A stretch of 32,581 bases of DNA from Candidatus Hadarchaeota archaeon (GTDB lineage: Archaea > Hadarchaeota > Hadarchaeia > Hadarchaeales > JAGGTB01): the NCBI GenBank assembly GCA_964554215.1, contig CAZKND010000006.1, positions 1 to 32,581 of the forward strand, given 5' to 3'. The notes beneath the pieces were generated by a model. That model had not been told where the DNA came from, searched no databases, and worked only from the letters and a program-made list of their open reading frames with translations. Shown piece by piece: positions 1 to 8,245 of this stretch; within the stretch, counting starts at the first letter, position 1; the number at the start of each line of letters is the position of its first letter. The position numbers and the translations under genes were made by a program.

Positions 1-1
1 T

Positions 2-457
2 CGCCATAACTATAGGAATCACAAAGCATAGAACCGCTGCCAAGGGTTTTTTCTTCCCACCCTCTTCGTCAGTCTCTATAGGGGTGACGACAACGAAATT
101 TTCATTGTCATCCAACTCTCTAATATTCCGCCAAGGCCCAAAAACCACGACAGTTTGTCCAGGTTCAAGTGATTGGTCCGAAAAATCTTCTTTCTCTTGT
201 TGTTCTCCAGTTAGCAACATGATAGGCTCGGCCCTGTATTTCTTTCGAAATTCAAGCTCTCTGAAGGTTTTACCTAAAAGTGGGGCTCTCGGAGGGATTA
301 CAACTTCTGCAAAACCTGCCTCTTCCCCACTTTTCAAATCTCGAATCCTCGCACTTTCTTCGCTTAGTGTTAGTTCAAAATCTTCTGCGAATCTTTCCAC
401 GTCTTCTTCTCTACCTAGAAGGAGGAGCTTTCGATCCTTTCCCAGTTTAGTGTGTCG
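2..457 (-). pseudogene. Same-frame continuation, downstream of an in-frame TAG, of the DASS/SLC13-type permease. Covers the rest of TrkA-C domain 1, TrkA-C domain 2 and the start of the second membrane half; runs off the left edge.
   Basis: My minus-strand translation in the frame of ORF 458..1312 is stop-free from 457 to 2: RHTKLGKDRKLLLLGREEDVERFAEDFELTLSEESARIRDLKSGEEAGFAEVVIPPRAPLLGKTFRELEFRKKYRAEPIMLLTGEQQEKEDFSDQSLEPGQTVVVFGPWRNIRELDDNENFVVVTPIETDEEGGKKKPLAAVLCFVIPIVMA. This shows the RCK-C/TrkA-C pattern (GKT..EL ... L..G. hhhhG). The listed + ORF 84..506 is its antisense shadow. Confidence 0.7.
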
Positions 458-1312
458 CTATAAAAAAAAAAAAAAATCTTTGCCCTTAGCAAGAGCGAGA
501 AGGTGAAGGTCATATTCTTTCCAAATTCCCACTTCCTCAGGAGTTTTGCCTATAAGATTGCTCTTTTCAGAGATTTCGCACTCGTATATATTCCCAGGTA
601 AATCCCAAGCTTCTCCAATCTCTTCACTAGGCCCATTTTTCTGACCAACGGTTCCTTCTTCTTTCTTGGGTAGAACAAACTTTCCGAGAAATAAAAAATA
701 AAGCACCCCTCCACCTAACAGTACTACACCTAGTGGAGTTACGGAAAAAACGCCAAGAGGTGGAAGACCCTCTTGAGCTAGAAGGTCGTTCAGCATTATC
801 AACGGACTTGAGGCGAAGAGAGTCAAAGTTCCACCTAAAATCGCCGCGAATCCCATAGGCATCAGGAGAAGAGATGGAGATAGTTTTAGCCTTTTGGAGA
901 TCCTCAACATCGAGGGGAGGAAAAGTGCAGCGGCACCAATATTTTGCATGAAAGACGAAAGCCCCCCAACGGTGAGGGATACAAGTCCAACTAGTCTTTT
1001 CTCACTGGATCCGGCAAAATCCATAATACGCTTCGTTATTCGCTCCATCACACCGGACTTGTCAATACCGTAGCCAAGAATCATGATCGCGATAACAGCT
1101 ATTACTGCGTTACTGGCGAAACCCGAAAAAGCTTCCATAGGGTCAATCAGACCCAACCACGGAAGAGTAATCATTACTAGAATAGCGACAACATCCACCC
1201 TGAAAATCTCCGTGACAAAAAGAACAACCGTCAGAAGAAGGACTAAAAGAGTTAAAAATATTTCCAGTGAGATAATATCCCCAACTTCCCTTCTAAACTT
1301 ATTTAGCTCCAC
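458..1312 (-). CDS. DASS/SLC13-family anion permease (N-terminal membrane half plus the beginning of TrkA-C domain 1), terminated prematurely by TAG at 458-460.
   Basis: GTG start at 1312. Multi-TM N-terminus (LTLLVLLLTVVLFVTEIF, AVIAVIAIMILGYGIDKSGV, GGLSSFMQNIGAAALFLP, MPMGFAAILGGTLTLFASSP) is followed by a soluble segment (GNIYECEISEKSNLIGKTPEEVGIWKEYDLHLLALAKGKD) typical of the central TrkA-C pair of YbiR/CitT-like permeases. It ends FFFFL* inside that domain. Confidence 0.8.
   Translation of the reverse strand: MELNKFRREVGDIISLEIFLTLLVLLLTVVLFVTEIFRVDVVAILVMITLPWLGLIDPMEAFSGFASNAVIAVIAIMILGYGIDKSGVMERITKRIMDFAGSSEKRLVGLVSLTVGGLSSFMQNIGAAALFLPSMLRISKRLKLSPSLLLMPMGFAAILGGTLTLFASSPLIMLNDLLAQEGLPPLGVFSVTPLGVVLLGGGVLYFLFLGKFVLPKKEEGTVGQKNGPSEEIGEAWDLPGNIYECEISEKSNLIGKTPEEVGIWKEYDLHLLALAKGKDFFFFL
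462..476. repeat. A15 homopolymer (T15 on the coding strand) inside the permease gene, immediately 5' of the in-frame TAG.
   Basis: Read directly: gctat-aaaaaaaaaaaaaaa-tctttgcc. It is the longest homopolymer I saw in the window. Confidence 0.98.
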
Positions 1313-1576
1313 TCTTCTTTAGTCTTGTGTAGAAGCCAAAATCTTTGAAGAATTTAAGATTTTGTAGCTACCTCGCTTCCCTCTCAAAAACACTTTACAA
1401 TCCAAATTTGAATTTAAACTCTTTTATGAAAGATAAACAGTATTACATCGAAAAATTATCTTATCCTCAGTTCTTCCGCAATATCGAAACTAGTCTGATA
1501 GATAGGATAAATCATATTGCCATAGTCTCTAAAATAAAATAGTGAGGGAAAACATTTACTAAAAGGGGAATCACCA

Positions 1577-2047
1577 ATGGATAAAATTAACTTTGAGGAT
1601 ATGGATGAAAAAAATATCCTTGAATTATCAATAAAGTCGGAAATAGAAGCTCAAAAAACATACAAATTGCTTTTAGAACAGGATATTTCTGAAGATATCG
1701 AAAAAAAGATAAAAAATATCCTCAAAAAAGAAAAAAGCCATGAAGAGAGTTTGAGAAACATCTATAGTGATTGGTATCCAGACAAGGAACCAAAAATAAC
1801 AAGAGAATCTGTCGATATAGAGGGCCAAATAAAAGAAGCGGGCGATGAAATAAGCAAATTTCTGAGAAAGGCTATGAAAGACGAAAAAAACGCCGAGGAA
1901 ACTTATTCTAAGCTAGGAGATAAACTTGAAGATAAGACCCAAGCTAGAGTTTTTAAACATTTGGCATATACTGAGCGGGAACATTACGAAGCATTGAAGA
2001 AAGAGTTAGAAAATCTCAAGGATGAAAAGTCCTCAAACGAGGATTGA
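1577..2047 (+). CDS. Ferritin-like / rubrerythrin-family four-helix-bundle protein (putative di-iron site).
   Basis: ATG preceded by AAAGGGGAATCACCA. There are two E...ExxH half-sites: SEIEAQKTY ... KEKSHEESL and DEKNAEETY ... TEREHYEAL. The stop overlaps or abuts the next gene. Confidence 0.65.
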   Translation: MDKINFEDMDEKNILELSIKSEIEAQKTYKLLLEQDISEDIEKKIKNILKKEKSHEESLRNIYSDWYPDKEPKITRESVDIEGQIKEAGDEISKFLRKAMKDEKNAEETYSKLGDKLEDKTQARVFKHLAYTEREHYEALKKELENLKDEKSSNED

Positions 2048-2052
2048 ACTGG

Positions 2053-3102
2053 ATGCCCAATCCACTTATTTTTCAAGACTTTTTTGAATTATTTGTAGAA
2101 GAATTGTTGCTCATACTTGGGGTTATTTTGCTCGGTCTCTCCATTTTCTACATAGTTTCAATCTACCATCACAGAAAAGAGAAAAAGAATTCTTCAAACA
2201 GAAAAGAAAGATGGGAAGAAAAGTTAAGAAAGGCTTCTCAAGATAAAAATCCAAAAGCCATATCAAAAATTGACAGTTCCCATAGAGATAAATTCAAAGC
2301 ATTTTTGGCCAAAGACGGACCCGATATCTGCTCTGACTCGAAAATACTGAAAAAAATATACAAAAATCAAGGTTTCTTCAAAGAAGACTTAGAACTTATA
2401 AAGGAAGGAAGTTGGTGGGAGAAAACTAGGGCCATCGTTAGATTAAAGAAATTAAATATAGAGGAAGCAGAAGAAAATATTTCCAATCTCCTTACTCATG
2501 AAAGACTCGAGATAAGACTGGCTTCCCTCGATTATCTCTCTAACATTCAAAGTTCTAAGATTGAAAACTATTTAGAAGACTTATTTGAGAAAAACAGTGA
2601 AAATTTAGATCAATTCTTGCTGATTAGGCTCTTTCTCGCAGACCTCCGACCTCAGAGTCTTGAAAATTTCGTCCACTCCTCTAAAACAAGGTTGAGAAAA
2701 GCTGCCGCCATAATTTTAGGCAAAGAAGGTCAGGAAGAAGGTTTACCACTCCTGAATATCCTTTCAGAAGATGAAGACCCGAAGGTGAGGTTGGAAGTGG
2801 CACGTTCTATCGGAAGAATCGGTTCTAAGAAGGGCCTAGACCTACTATCTAAACTTAAAACCGACGATGACGCAGATGTCCGAGGAGAGTTGGCTAAGGC
2901 CGTTGGTAAAATAGGAGATGTTGATGGATTGAGTTTACTGGAAGAACTCGCCCAAGATGAAGCTAAAAAGGTAAAACTACAGGCTTTTCTATCGCTATCG
3001 AAACTCGGCGAACCTGGGAGAGAAATCATTTCAAAATACAGAAGTGAGGATCCTAAAGCCAGCAGAGAAGCTTTGTTGAGTTCTTTCACGGGGGAGGTGT
3101 AG
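2053..3102 (+). CDS. Membrane-anchored HEAT-repeat (PBS-lyase HEAT-like) protein.
   Basis: N-terminal TM (LLLILGVILLGLSIFYIVSIY), then repeated DxxVR/G..G units: EDEDPKVRLEVARSIGRIGSKKGLDLL, DDDADVRGELAKAVGKIGDVDGLSLL, DEAKKVKLQAFLSLSKLGEPG. The ORF track starts at TTG 2044. ATG 2053 has GAGGA about 10 nt upstream, so I prefer it. Confidence 0.7.
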   Translation: MPNPLIFQDFFELFVEELLLILGVILLGLSIFYIVSIYHHRKEKKNSSNRKERWEEKLRKASQDKNPKAISKIDSSHRDKFKAFLAKDGPDICSDSKILKKIYKNQGFFKEDLELIKEGSWWEKTRAIVRLKKLNIEEAEENISNLLTHERLEIRLASLDYLSNIQSSKIENYLEDLFEKNSENLDQFLLIRLFLADLRPQSLENFVHSSKTRLRKAAAIILGKEGQEEGLPLLNILSEDEDPKVRLEVARSIGRIGSKKGLDLLSKLKTDDDADVRGELAKAVGKIGDVDGLSLLEELAQDEAKKVKLQAFLSLSKLGEPGREIISKYRSEDPKASREALLSSFTGEV

Positions 3103-3105
3103 AAC

Positions 3106-4557
3106 TTGTATACTAATATCCTTTTCACAATATTGATCATATATAGCGCGTTGGTCTTGATCTATTTTCTAGTGCTGAACTCCACCTATTTTGTATTATT
3201 GATCCTAGCCACTACAGAAATGATATACGAAAATAGAAAACCGGAATTTGGAGTATGTAAAGGTGAAGCATGTGACCTTGCACCAAGCATCAGCATACTA
3301 GTTCCTGCTTACAACGAAAAGGCAACAATAGCGGAAAGCATCTCAGCTTTACAAAAATTGGATTATCCTCAGTTGGAGATTGTAATAATCAACGACGGAT
3401 CAACGGACACTACCATGCCCGAATTAAAAAAAGAGTTTAAACTTATCAAAGTTTCACGGGACATCAAAGAGGATTTACAATACGAAAATGTCAAACAAGT
3501 CTATAAATCGGTGAACGACGATAGAATTCTCGTCATAGATAAAGAAAACGGTGGAAAAGCAGACTCGTTGAACGCTGGACTAGACTATTCTCGAAGCGAC
3601 CTCTTCATAGCAATTGACGCAGACAGTTTAATAGAAAAAGGAGGACTTCAGAGCCTCGTCCAACCTTACATAGAAAAGGACTCAGAGGTCGTAGGAATCG
3701 GAGGGATCGTTCGAGTGACTAACAACTGCAAAATAAAAGATGGTCAAGTAGTAAAAGCTCAACTCCCAGACAAAATCCTCCCTGCGATACAGGTGATGGA
3801 GTATATACGCGCATTCCTCTTCGGAAGAGCAGGATGGAGCAAAATCAATGCTCTACCCATCATATCCGGAGCATTCGGACTATTCAAAACAGACAGAGTG
3901 ATAGAAGTCGGTGGATACCGTACCGACACCGTTGGAGAAGATTCCGACCTAGTCGTAAGGCTTCACAGATTAATGCGGGACAGAGATATAGACTATGAGA
4001 TAGCTTTCAAACCTGATCCGGTATGCTGGACACAAGTACCGGAATCCCTCAAAATACTCGGACGTCAAAGAAACAGATGGGAAAGAGGACTGATCGAAAC
4101 CCTAACATACCACCCTAAAATGATTGGAAACCCAAAATACGGATCTTTGGGCATATTAGCCCTTCCTCACTTCCTTCTATTCGAAATGCTTGGACCCATT
4201 GTGGAATTAACAGGTCCTTTTGTAATACTGATCTCCTTTTTAATGGGATGGCTCGATGTAAATTTTGCTCTGCTTTTCCTAGGGGTAACAGTGATGTACG
4301 GATTACTGATATCTCTATGGTCTCTTACCCTTGAGGAGTTCATCACAAAAAGATATGAGAAACCTATGGATAGAATCAAGCTAATCGGTACAGCAATACT
4401 GGAGAACTTCGGCTACAGACAACTCCACTCTTATTGGAGACTGAAAGGAATCTTCGATTTCCTAAGAAAAGAAAACTCTTGGGGGGAAATGGAGCGAGAA
4501 ACTTTCGATTCTAGCGAAAAAAGTTCAACTGAAACAACATCAGATTCACCTGAATAA
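3106..4557 (+). CDS. Processive family-2 glycosyltransferase (PgaC/IcaA/NodC/cellulose-synthase-like polysaccharide synthase).
   Basis: GT2 hallmarks in order: ISILVPAYNE, IVIINDGSTDTT, IAIDADS (DxD), VGEDSDL, LGRQRNRWERG (QxxRW). TM helices flank them at both ends. TTG start with GGGGAGGTG upstream. Confidence 0.85.
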   Translation: MYTNILFTILIIYSALVLIYFLVLNSTYFVLLILATTEMIYENRKPEFGVCKGEACDLAPSISILVPAYNEKATIAESISALQKLDYPQLEIVIINDGSTDTTMPELKKEFKLIKVSRDIKEDLQYENVKQVYKSVNDDRILVIDKENGGKADSLNAGLDYSRSDLFIAIDADSLIEKGGLQSLVQPYIEKDSEVVGIGGIVRVTNNCKIKDGQVVKAQLPDKILPAIQVMEYIRAFLFGRAGWSKINALPIISGAFGLFKTDRVIEVGGYRTDTVGEDSDLVVRLHRLMRDRDIDYEIAFKPDPVCWTQVPESLKILGRQRNRWERGLIETLTYHPKMIGNPKYGSLGILALPHFLLFEMLGPIVELTGPFVILISFLMGWLDVNFALLFLGVTVMYGLLISLWSLTLEEFITKRYEKPMDRIKLIGTAILENFGYRQLHSYWRLKGIFDFLRKENSWGEMERETFDSSEKSSTETTSDSPE

Positions 4558-4713
4558 CCAGACCATACCATATCTGACTTGTTCCTTTTTAGAAATCCAA
4601 ATGAACTGAAGCTGAAAGGTCTTAACTCACTCATCTTAAGATCTGAAGATATTTCCAAAACAATTATCGAAATATAAAAAAGCCAAGTGGATTAAATAGT
4701 TTTGAGGAAATAA

Positions 4714-5016
4714 TTGATGGATCTTAAAAATGAAAAATTCAAGGATTCAATCGGATTGTTTCTCCTCTTACTCGGGGCTGCTTTACTGATACTAACTTTC
4801 TTCACAACTTACAAGGTGTTCATGAACCCTGCTTCATTAGAAGGTTTTGCTCAACTCGTCACACCTTCGGACGGACAAGGGGTTGGAAAGATTCTAAAAG
4901 TCGCAATTTACCCGATAGCAGGACTTTTGCTCTGGGTTATGGGAAGTGTTAGCGGCAGGCTCGCCAATCAGGGATACAAGATGTATACGACTGAATTCGA
5001 TTCGGAAAAAGACTAA
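4714..5016 (+). CDS. Small two-TM membrane protein (hypothetical; positional analogue of IcaD/PgaD).
   Basis: 100 aa with two hydrophobic spans (IGLFLLLLGAALLILTFFTTY; AIYPIAGLLLWVMGSV). GAGGA lies 5-8 nt upstream of the TTG/ATG at 4714/4717. Same strand, directly after the GT2 gene. Confidence 0.55.
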   Translation: MMDLKNEKFKDSIGLFLLLLGAALLILTFFTTYKVFMNPASLEGFAQLVTPSDGQGVGKILKVAIYPIAGLLLWVMGSVSGRLANQGYKMYTTEFDSEKD

Positions 5017-5023
5017 AAATCAG

Positions 5024-7150
5024 TTAGTTTCCCGTATCTAGCGAAATGGCATAAGTCGTGATGGATTTCTCTTCTGCAGTTGCTTTGAAGACTCCGTCTG
5101 AGATCTGAATGGTCGAAACCTTCTCAAGATTTTCCTCCATGGATGTCCTATAAGAAACCGCCTGCCCATTTTCGAGAAATTCTCCCACATAGTATTCATA
5201 ATTATAGTCATAGTTTTCGTCGTTAACTACAACTATCACCAGTTCGTTATCTTTCGAATCATGTGCCATTACCACGTTCGTTTTGCTAGATTTCAATATA
5301 CGGCTTCCTGGATCTATGAATCGGCTGTAATTGGACATCGCATAGTACTTTTTTGTGATGTTATAATTCTCATGTTCGTTCGTTAATATCAGACCCCAAT
5401 CAGGGCCGCCTTCTTTAGGTACGTTATTTGGGGCCGCTTGCCATATGACCCATCCGTTAGCTCCTAACGTATTGATATCTTTGGATATTTCGTCACCTAA
5501 TATAAGATAATTCTTTTTGTCGGAGTAACTGAATCCGGTATCGTACTCTGATTGATACAGTTTCTTATCATGAGACCTTGCAAGTTTTCTCAAAGCTCTC
5601 CGATCATTCTGAGAAGCGCTGTAAGCATGGGTCGCTATCGTGGAAACGTATGACTTCGCGTTTTCATCATAGTACCTGAAAGAACTTTCCGAAGAACTGA
5701 TCTCAGGAGGGTGATATATAGAATCAAGCGAAGAACCCATCCAGTACTCTTCAGGAGCATCTACACCTATCGGAAGGTCTCTGGATTCCAACTCCCTTCC
5801 AACTTTTTTGATGATGAGGTTTTGCTTTTCCAAGGTGAAATGACACCCCTCCTGTCTCCCATATTTAAACCAAGGGTTCGAAGGCTCATTCAGAGGGGCC
5901 AGAGCGTCGAAAGTGATGCCCCAATTCTCGTGGAAGTGTTCCACCACCGTGACTAGATAATCGGCAAAGTTATCGTAATAATCGGGATGTAGATTGTTCG
6001 TGTACCCCAAAAGAGAACCAGACGCACACCCACTTCTTGTCATCCAATAGGGAGGGGAGTTCGAGAAGGCTATCAACTTATCTGCCCCTCTATCTATAGC
6101 TCCTTTGAGCACAGTCCTCTGATAATTATCTCGAGACCAGTCATACCCCTCATTTTCTCTTGGTCTATAGCCCTCCATCTCCCAATTTTCAACCATGTGA
6201 TCATGTGAAGGGTTTTCCCCTCCTCCGATGTTGTACCTCACTATGTTGAAGTTTAGATTGTCCGAACCGAAAACGAGACCGATAACCTCCCTTCTTTTGG
6301 ATCTGTCCCATCCTTCGATGGATTTGGGCCACCACGCCAAAGAGGTCCCGAAACCGTCGAAGACTTGCTGTTTATTTTCCGATTTTACGGAAATGGTCTG
6401 CAGATAGGTAGGGTCACTGGAATCTGGAGAATCCGTAGACCCTAGATAACCATGATTGGAAAAGTCAGAGTAGTCATAGACGGTCTGATTTTGAGCTTTG
6501 TCAAATTTCCAATATCCAACTAGAGCAGAATTATCTACGGACTCACGATTGTAGAGAGTATTGATCTCAGAGGCTGAGAGAGAACGGCTGTAAATCCTCA
6601 GATTATCGATAGCCCCATCAAAATACTCGCTGTCCGTTTCAATATTATAGCCCAGGGCCATCTCACCATTCTTTGAAGCGAAGACATCCGAAGTCGTATT
6701 ATCCTGCTTAGTTCCATCTACCCATAGTGAAATTTCACCAGTAGGTTGAACATATCTACCGACTAGGTGTTTCCACTCCCCTTCCTGAAGCACATTTTCT
6801 GATTCAACAGATTTTCCAGACTCATCATCAAGAACTAAAAACTGGCCATGATTATCCTCGGAGATTCCTAAACCCACTCGAAGATCTCCCTTTTCGAGGA
6901 TCGTTTGACGATTCTCTTTCAATCCATCCGGTTTCACCCAAACAGAAAAAGTAATCGACTCATCGATGTCTATGGAATCAGAGTTTTCAAAAGTAACATA
7001 ATCATCTACACCATCAAAACCAAGATAAAAATCTTGAGTAGTAGTTTGTCCAGGTATGATACCGAAAATCAGTACTACAAATATTATCACTAGAGCGAAT
7101 AATACGGTAAATAAGCTTATAGCTTCTCTGGAAGATGAAATATTCGACAC
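5024..7150 (-). CDS. Membrane-anchored extracellular LamG (concanavalin-A-like lectin) plus GH30-family glycoside hydrolase.
   Basis: N-terminal anchor (LFTVLFALVIIFVVLIFGIIPG). LamG_3-like motifs: ITFSVWVKPDG, WKHLVGRY, FDGAIDNLRIYSRSLSASEINTLY. GH30-like motifs: QVFDGFGTSLAWW, NIVRYNIGGG, FSNSPPYWMT, LAPLNEPS (acid/base Glu), LYQSEYDTG (nucleophile Glu). Confidence 0.8.
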   Translation of the reverse strand: MSNISSSREAISLFTVLFALVIIFVVLIFGIIPGQTTTQDFYLGFDGVDDYVTFENSDSIDIDESITFSVWVKPDGLKENRQTILEKGDLRVGLGISEDNHGQFLVLDDESGKSVESENVLQEGEWKHLVGRYVQPTGEISLWVDGTKQDNTTSDVFASKNGEMALGYNIETDSEYFDGAIDNLRIYSRSLSASEINTLYNRESVDNSALVGYWKFDKAQNQTVYDYSDFSNHGYLGSTDSPDSSDPTYLQTISVKSENKQQVFDGFGTSLAWWPKSIEGWDRSKRREVIGLVFGSDNLNFNIVRYNIGGGENPSHDHMVENWEMEGYRPRENEGYDWSRDNYQRTVLKGAIDRGADKLIAFSNSPPYWMTRSGCASGSLLGYTNNLHPDYYDNFADYLVTVVEHFHENWGITFDALAPLNEPSNPWFKYGRQEGCHFTLEKQNLIIKKVGRELESRDLPIGVDAPEEYWMGSSLDSIYHPPEISSSESSFRYYDENAKSYVSTIATHAYSASQNDRRALRKLARSHDKKLYQSEYDTGFSYSDKKNYLILGDEISKDINTLGANGWVIWQAAPNNVPKEGGPDWGLILTNEHENYNITKKYYAMSNYSRFIDPGSRILKSSKTNVVMAHDSKDNELVIVVVNDENYDYNYEYYVGEFLENGQAVSYRTSMEENLEKVSTIQISDGVFKATAEEKSITTYAISLDTGN

Positions 7151-7268
7151 CTTGAATCCAAAAGTCTATTTTGACTCTATTAGTTATTATTGTTAAACAT
7201 AGGAACCGCTCTAAGCAATTAGTAAAGATTCTTTAATTTGTAAGGTCTACTCAAAAACTGGGGATACA

Positions 7269-7652
7269 TTGAAAAAAGTAAAACAAATGCTTATTTCCAT
7301 CCCTCTAATTTTTTCTCTCGCCCTAGTTATCGAAGCATTCAACATATGGGTTATTGGATGGTGGGAATTTCAAAGCAGATTAGCGCTCGGAAAAACACTC
7401 CTGATTTGGATAATTCTCGGCACGATTATAGGATCTTTAAATGTTTGGGAAAAAGAGAAAGCGATCGGACCAATAATCGCCTTATGGGGAATTTTCATAG
7501 AAACTATAAATCTCTATCTTCTGAATCTATGGACTTTTCCATCTAAGTTAACGATGGCAGGGACTTACATAGTATGGGTATTACTGGGATTGTCCATTTA
7601 TCTCGATCAAAAGACTCACCTAACAAAGAAATTTCTCAAAATTAAGAAGTAA
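7269..7652 (+). CDS. Four-TM membrane protein with an internal two-TM duplication (hypothetical).
   Basis: TTG start with GGGGA upstream. The halves NIWVIGWWEFQSRLALGKTLLIWIILGTIIGSL and NLYLLNLWTFPSKLTMAGTYIVWVLLGLSIYL align residue for residue. The nested ORF 7346..7546 is an out-of-frame overlap. Confidence 0.6.
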   Translation: MKKVKQMLISIPLIFSLALVIEAFNIWVIGWWEFQSRLALGKTLLIWIILGTIIGSLNVWEKEKAIGPIIALWGIFIETINLYLLNLWTFPSKLTMAGTYIVWVLLGLSIYLDQKTHLTKKFLKIKK

Positions 7653-7812
7653 ACCCTCCATTTTCTCCAGATATATTCTTAAGATGGCTCTATATCCTAA
7701 ATAAAATAATTTCCTCTTGAGAAAAGACTCTATCATTGCAATTAACACTGTAAAACTTCGAAATAATTATAAAAATGCCCTCATTACTAAAGGTCGAAGG
7801 GAGGTGTTACAT

Positions 7813-8100
7813 TTGGAAGAAGAAATTTCTCTAGAAGAATATCAGGACGCTTACAGAAAAATGAGAATGGAAGAGGAGAAGAAAGGATTCTGGAGTCACT
7901 TAACAGTTTTCATACTGATAAACATCATGTTCATCGTAATCAATTATCTATATACTCCAGGAAACCTCTGGTTCTTCTACCCGTTGATCGGTTGGGGAAT
8001 CGGAATAACACTACACTACATGAATACTACACGCTGGGTCAAAAGTGAACTAAAGGAAAAAGAAGCAATAGCAGAAAAAAGGGCCAAAGAAGAGAAATAG
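7813..8100 (+). CDS. 2TM-domain family small membrane protein.
   Basis: KKGFWSHLTVFILINIMFIVINYLYTPGNLWFFYPLIGWGIGITLHY matches the 2TM domain pattern as I recall it. The ORF is open from 7717, but AAGGGAGGTG sits 6 nt before TTG 7813, so the start is uncertain. Confidence 0.6.
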   Translation: MEEEISLEEYQDAYRKMRMEEEKKGFWSHLTVFILINIMFIVINYLYTPGNLWFFYPLIGWGIGITLHYMNTTRWVKSELKEKEAIAEKRAKEEK

Positions 8101-8245
8101 ACCTTTTACCATCTGGTGCTGATTTCTTAAACATCAGAGCTAAGGGTGTTTCAATATAGAATCTCCATTTCAGAATAAAAACAGATGCTTTGCTTTAAAT
8201 CATAATTTACAGCGAAAAAGAAAAATTTCTCTCAGTGAACAGATT

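Noticed and set aside
458-460. In-frame TAG as a pyrrolysine or reassigned sense codon.
   Set aside because: TAG terminates several well-supported genes in this window exactly where homology ends: 2053..3102, 19648..21090, 21164..22006 and 23375..23803. No Pyl machinery is visible, so the standard code fits best.
462-476. T15/A15 tract as a slipped-strand phase-variation switch for the permease.
   Set aside because: I translated the +1 and -1 tract-length variants. Both frames terminate within 4-20 codons, and the 15-nt state runs into TAG, so no tract length restores an open frame.
1345-1542. 65-aa + ORF in the 264-bp spacer. Also ORFs 4431..4658 (-), 15126..15311 (+) and 7346..7546 (+).
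   Set aside because: These are TTG or weak starts without an RBS, give low-complexity translations, and either lie in promoter-type AT-rich spacers or overlap the ends of solid genes. They are likely non-coding.
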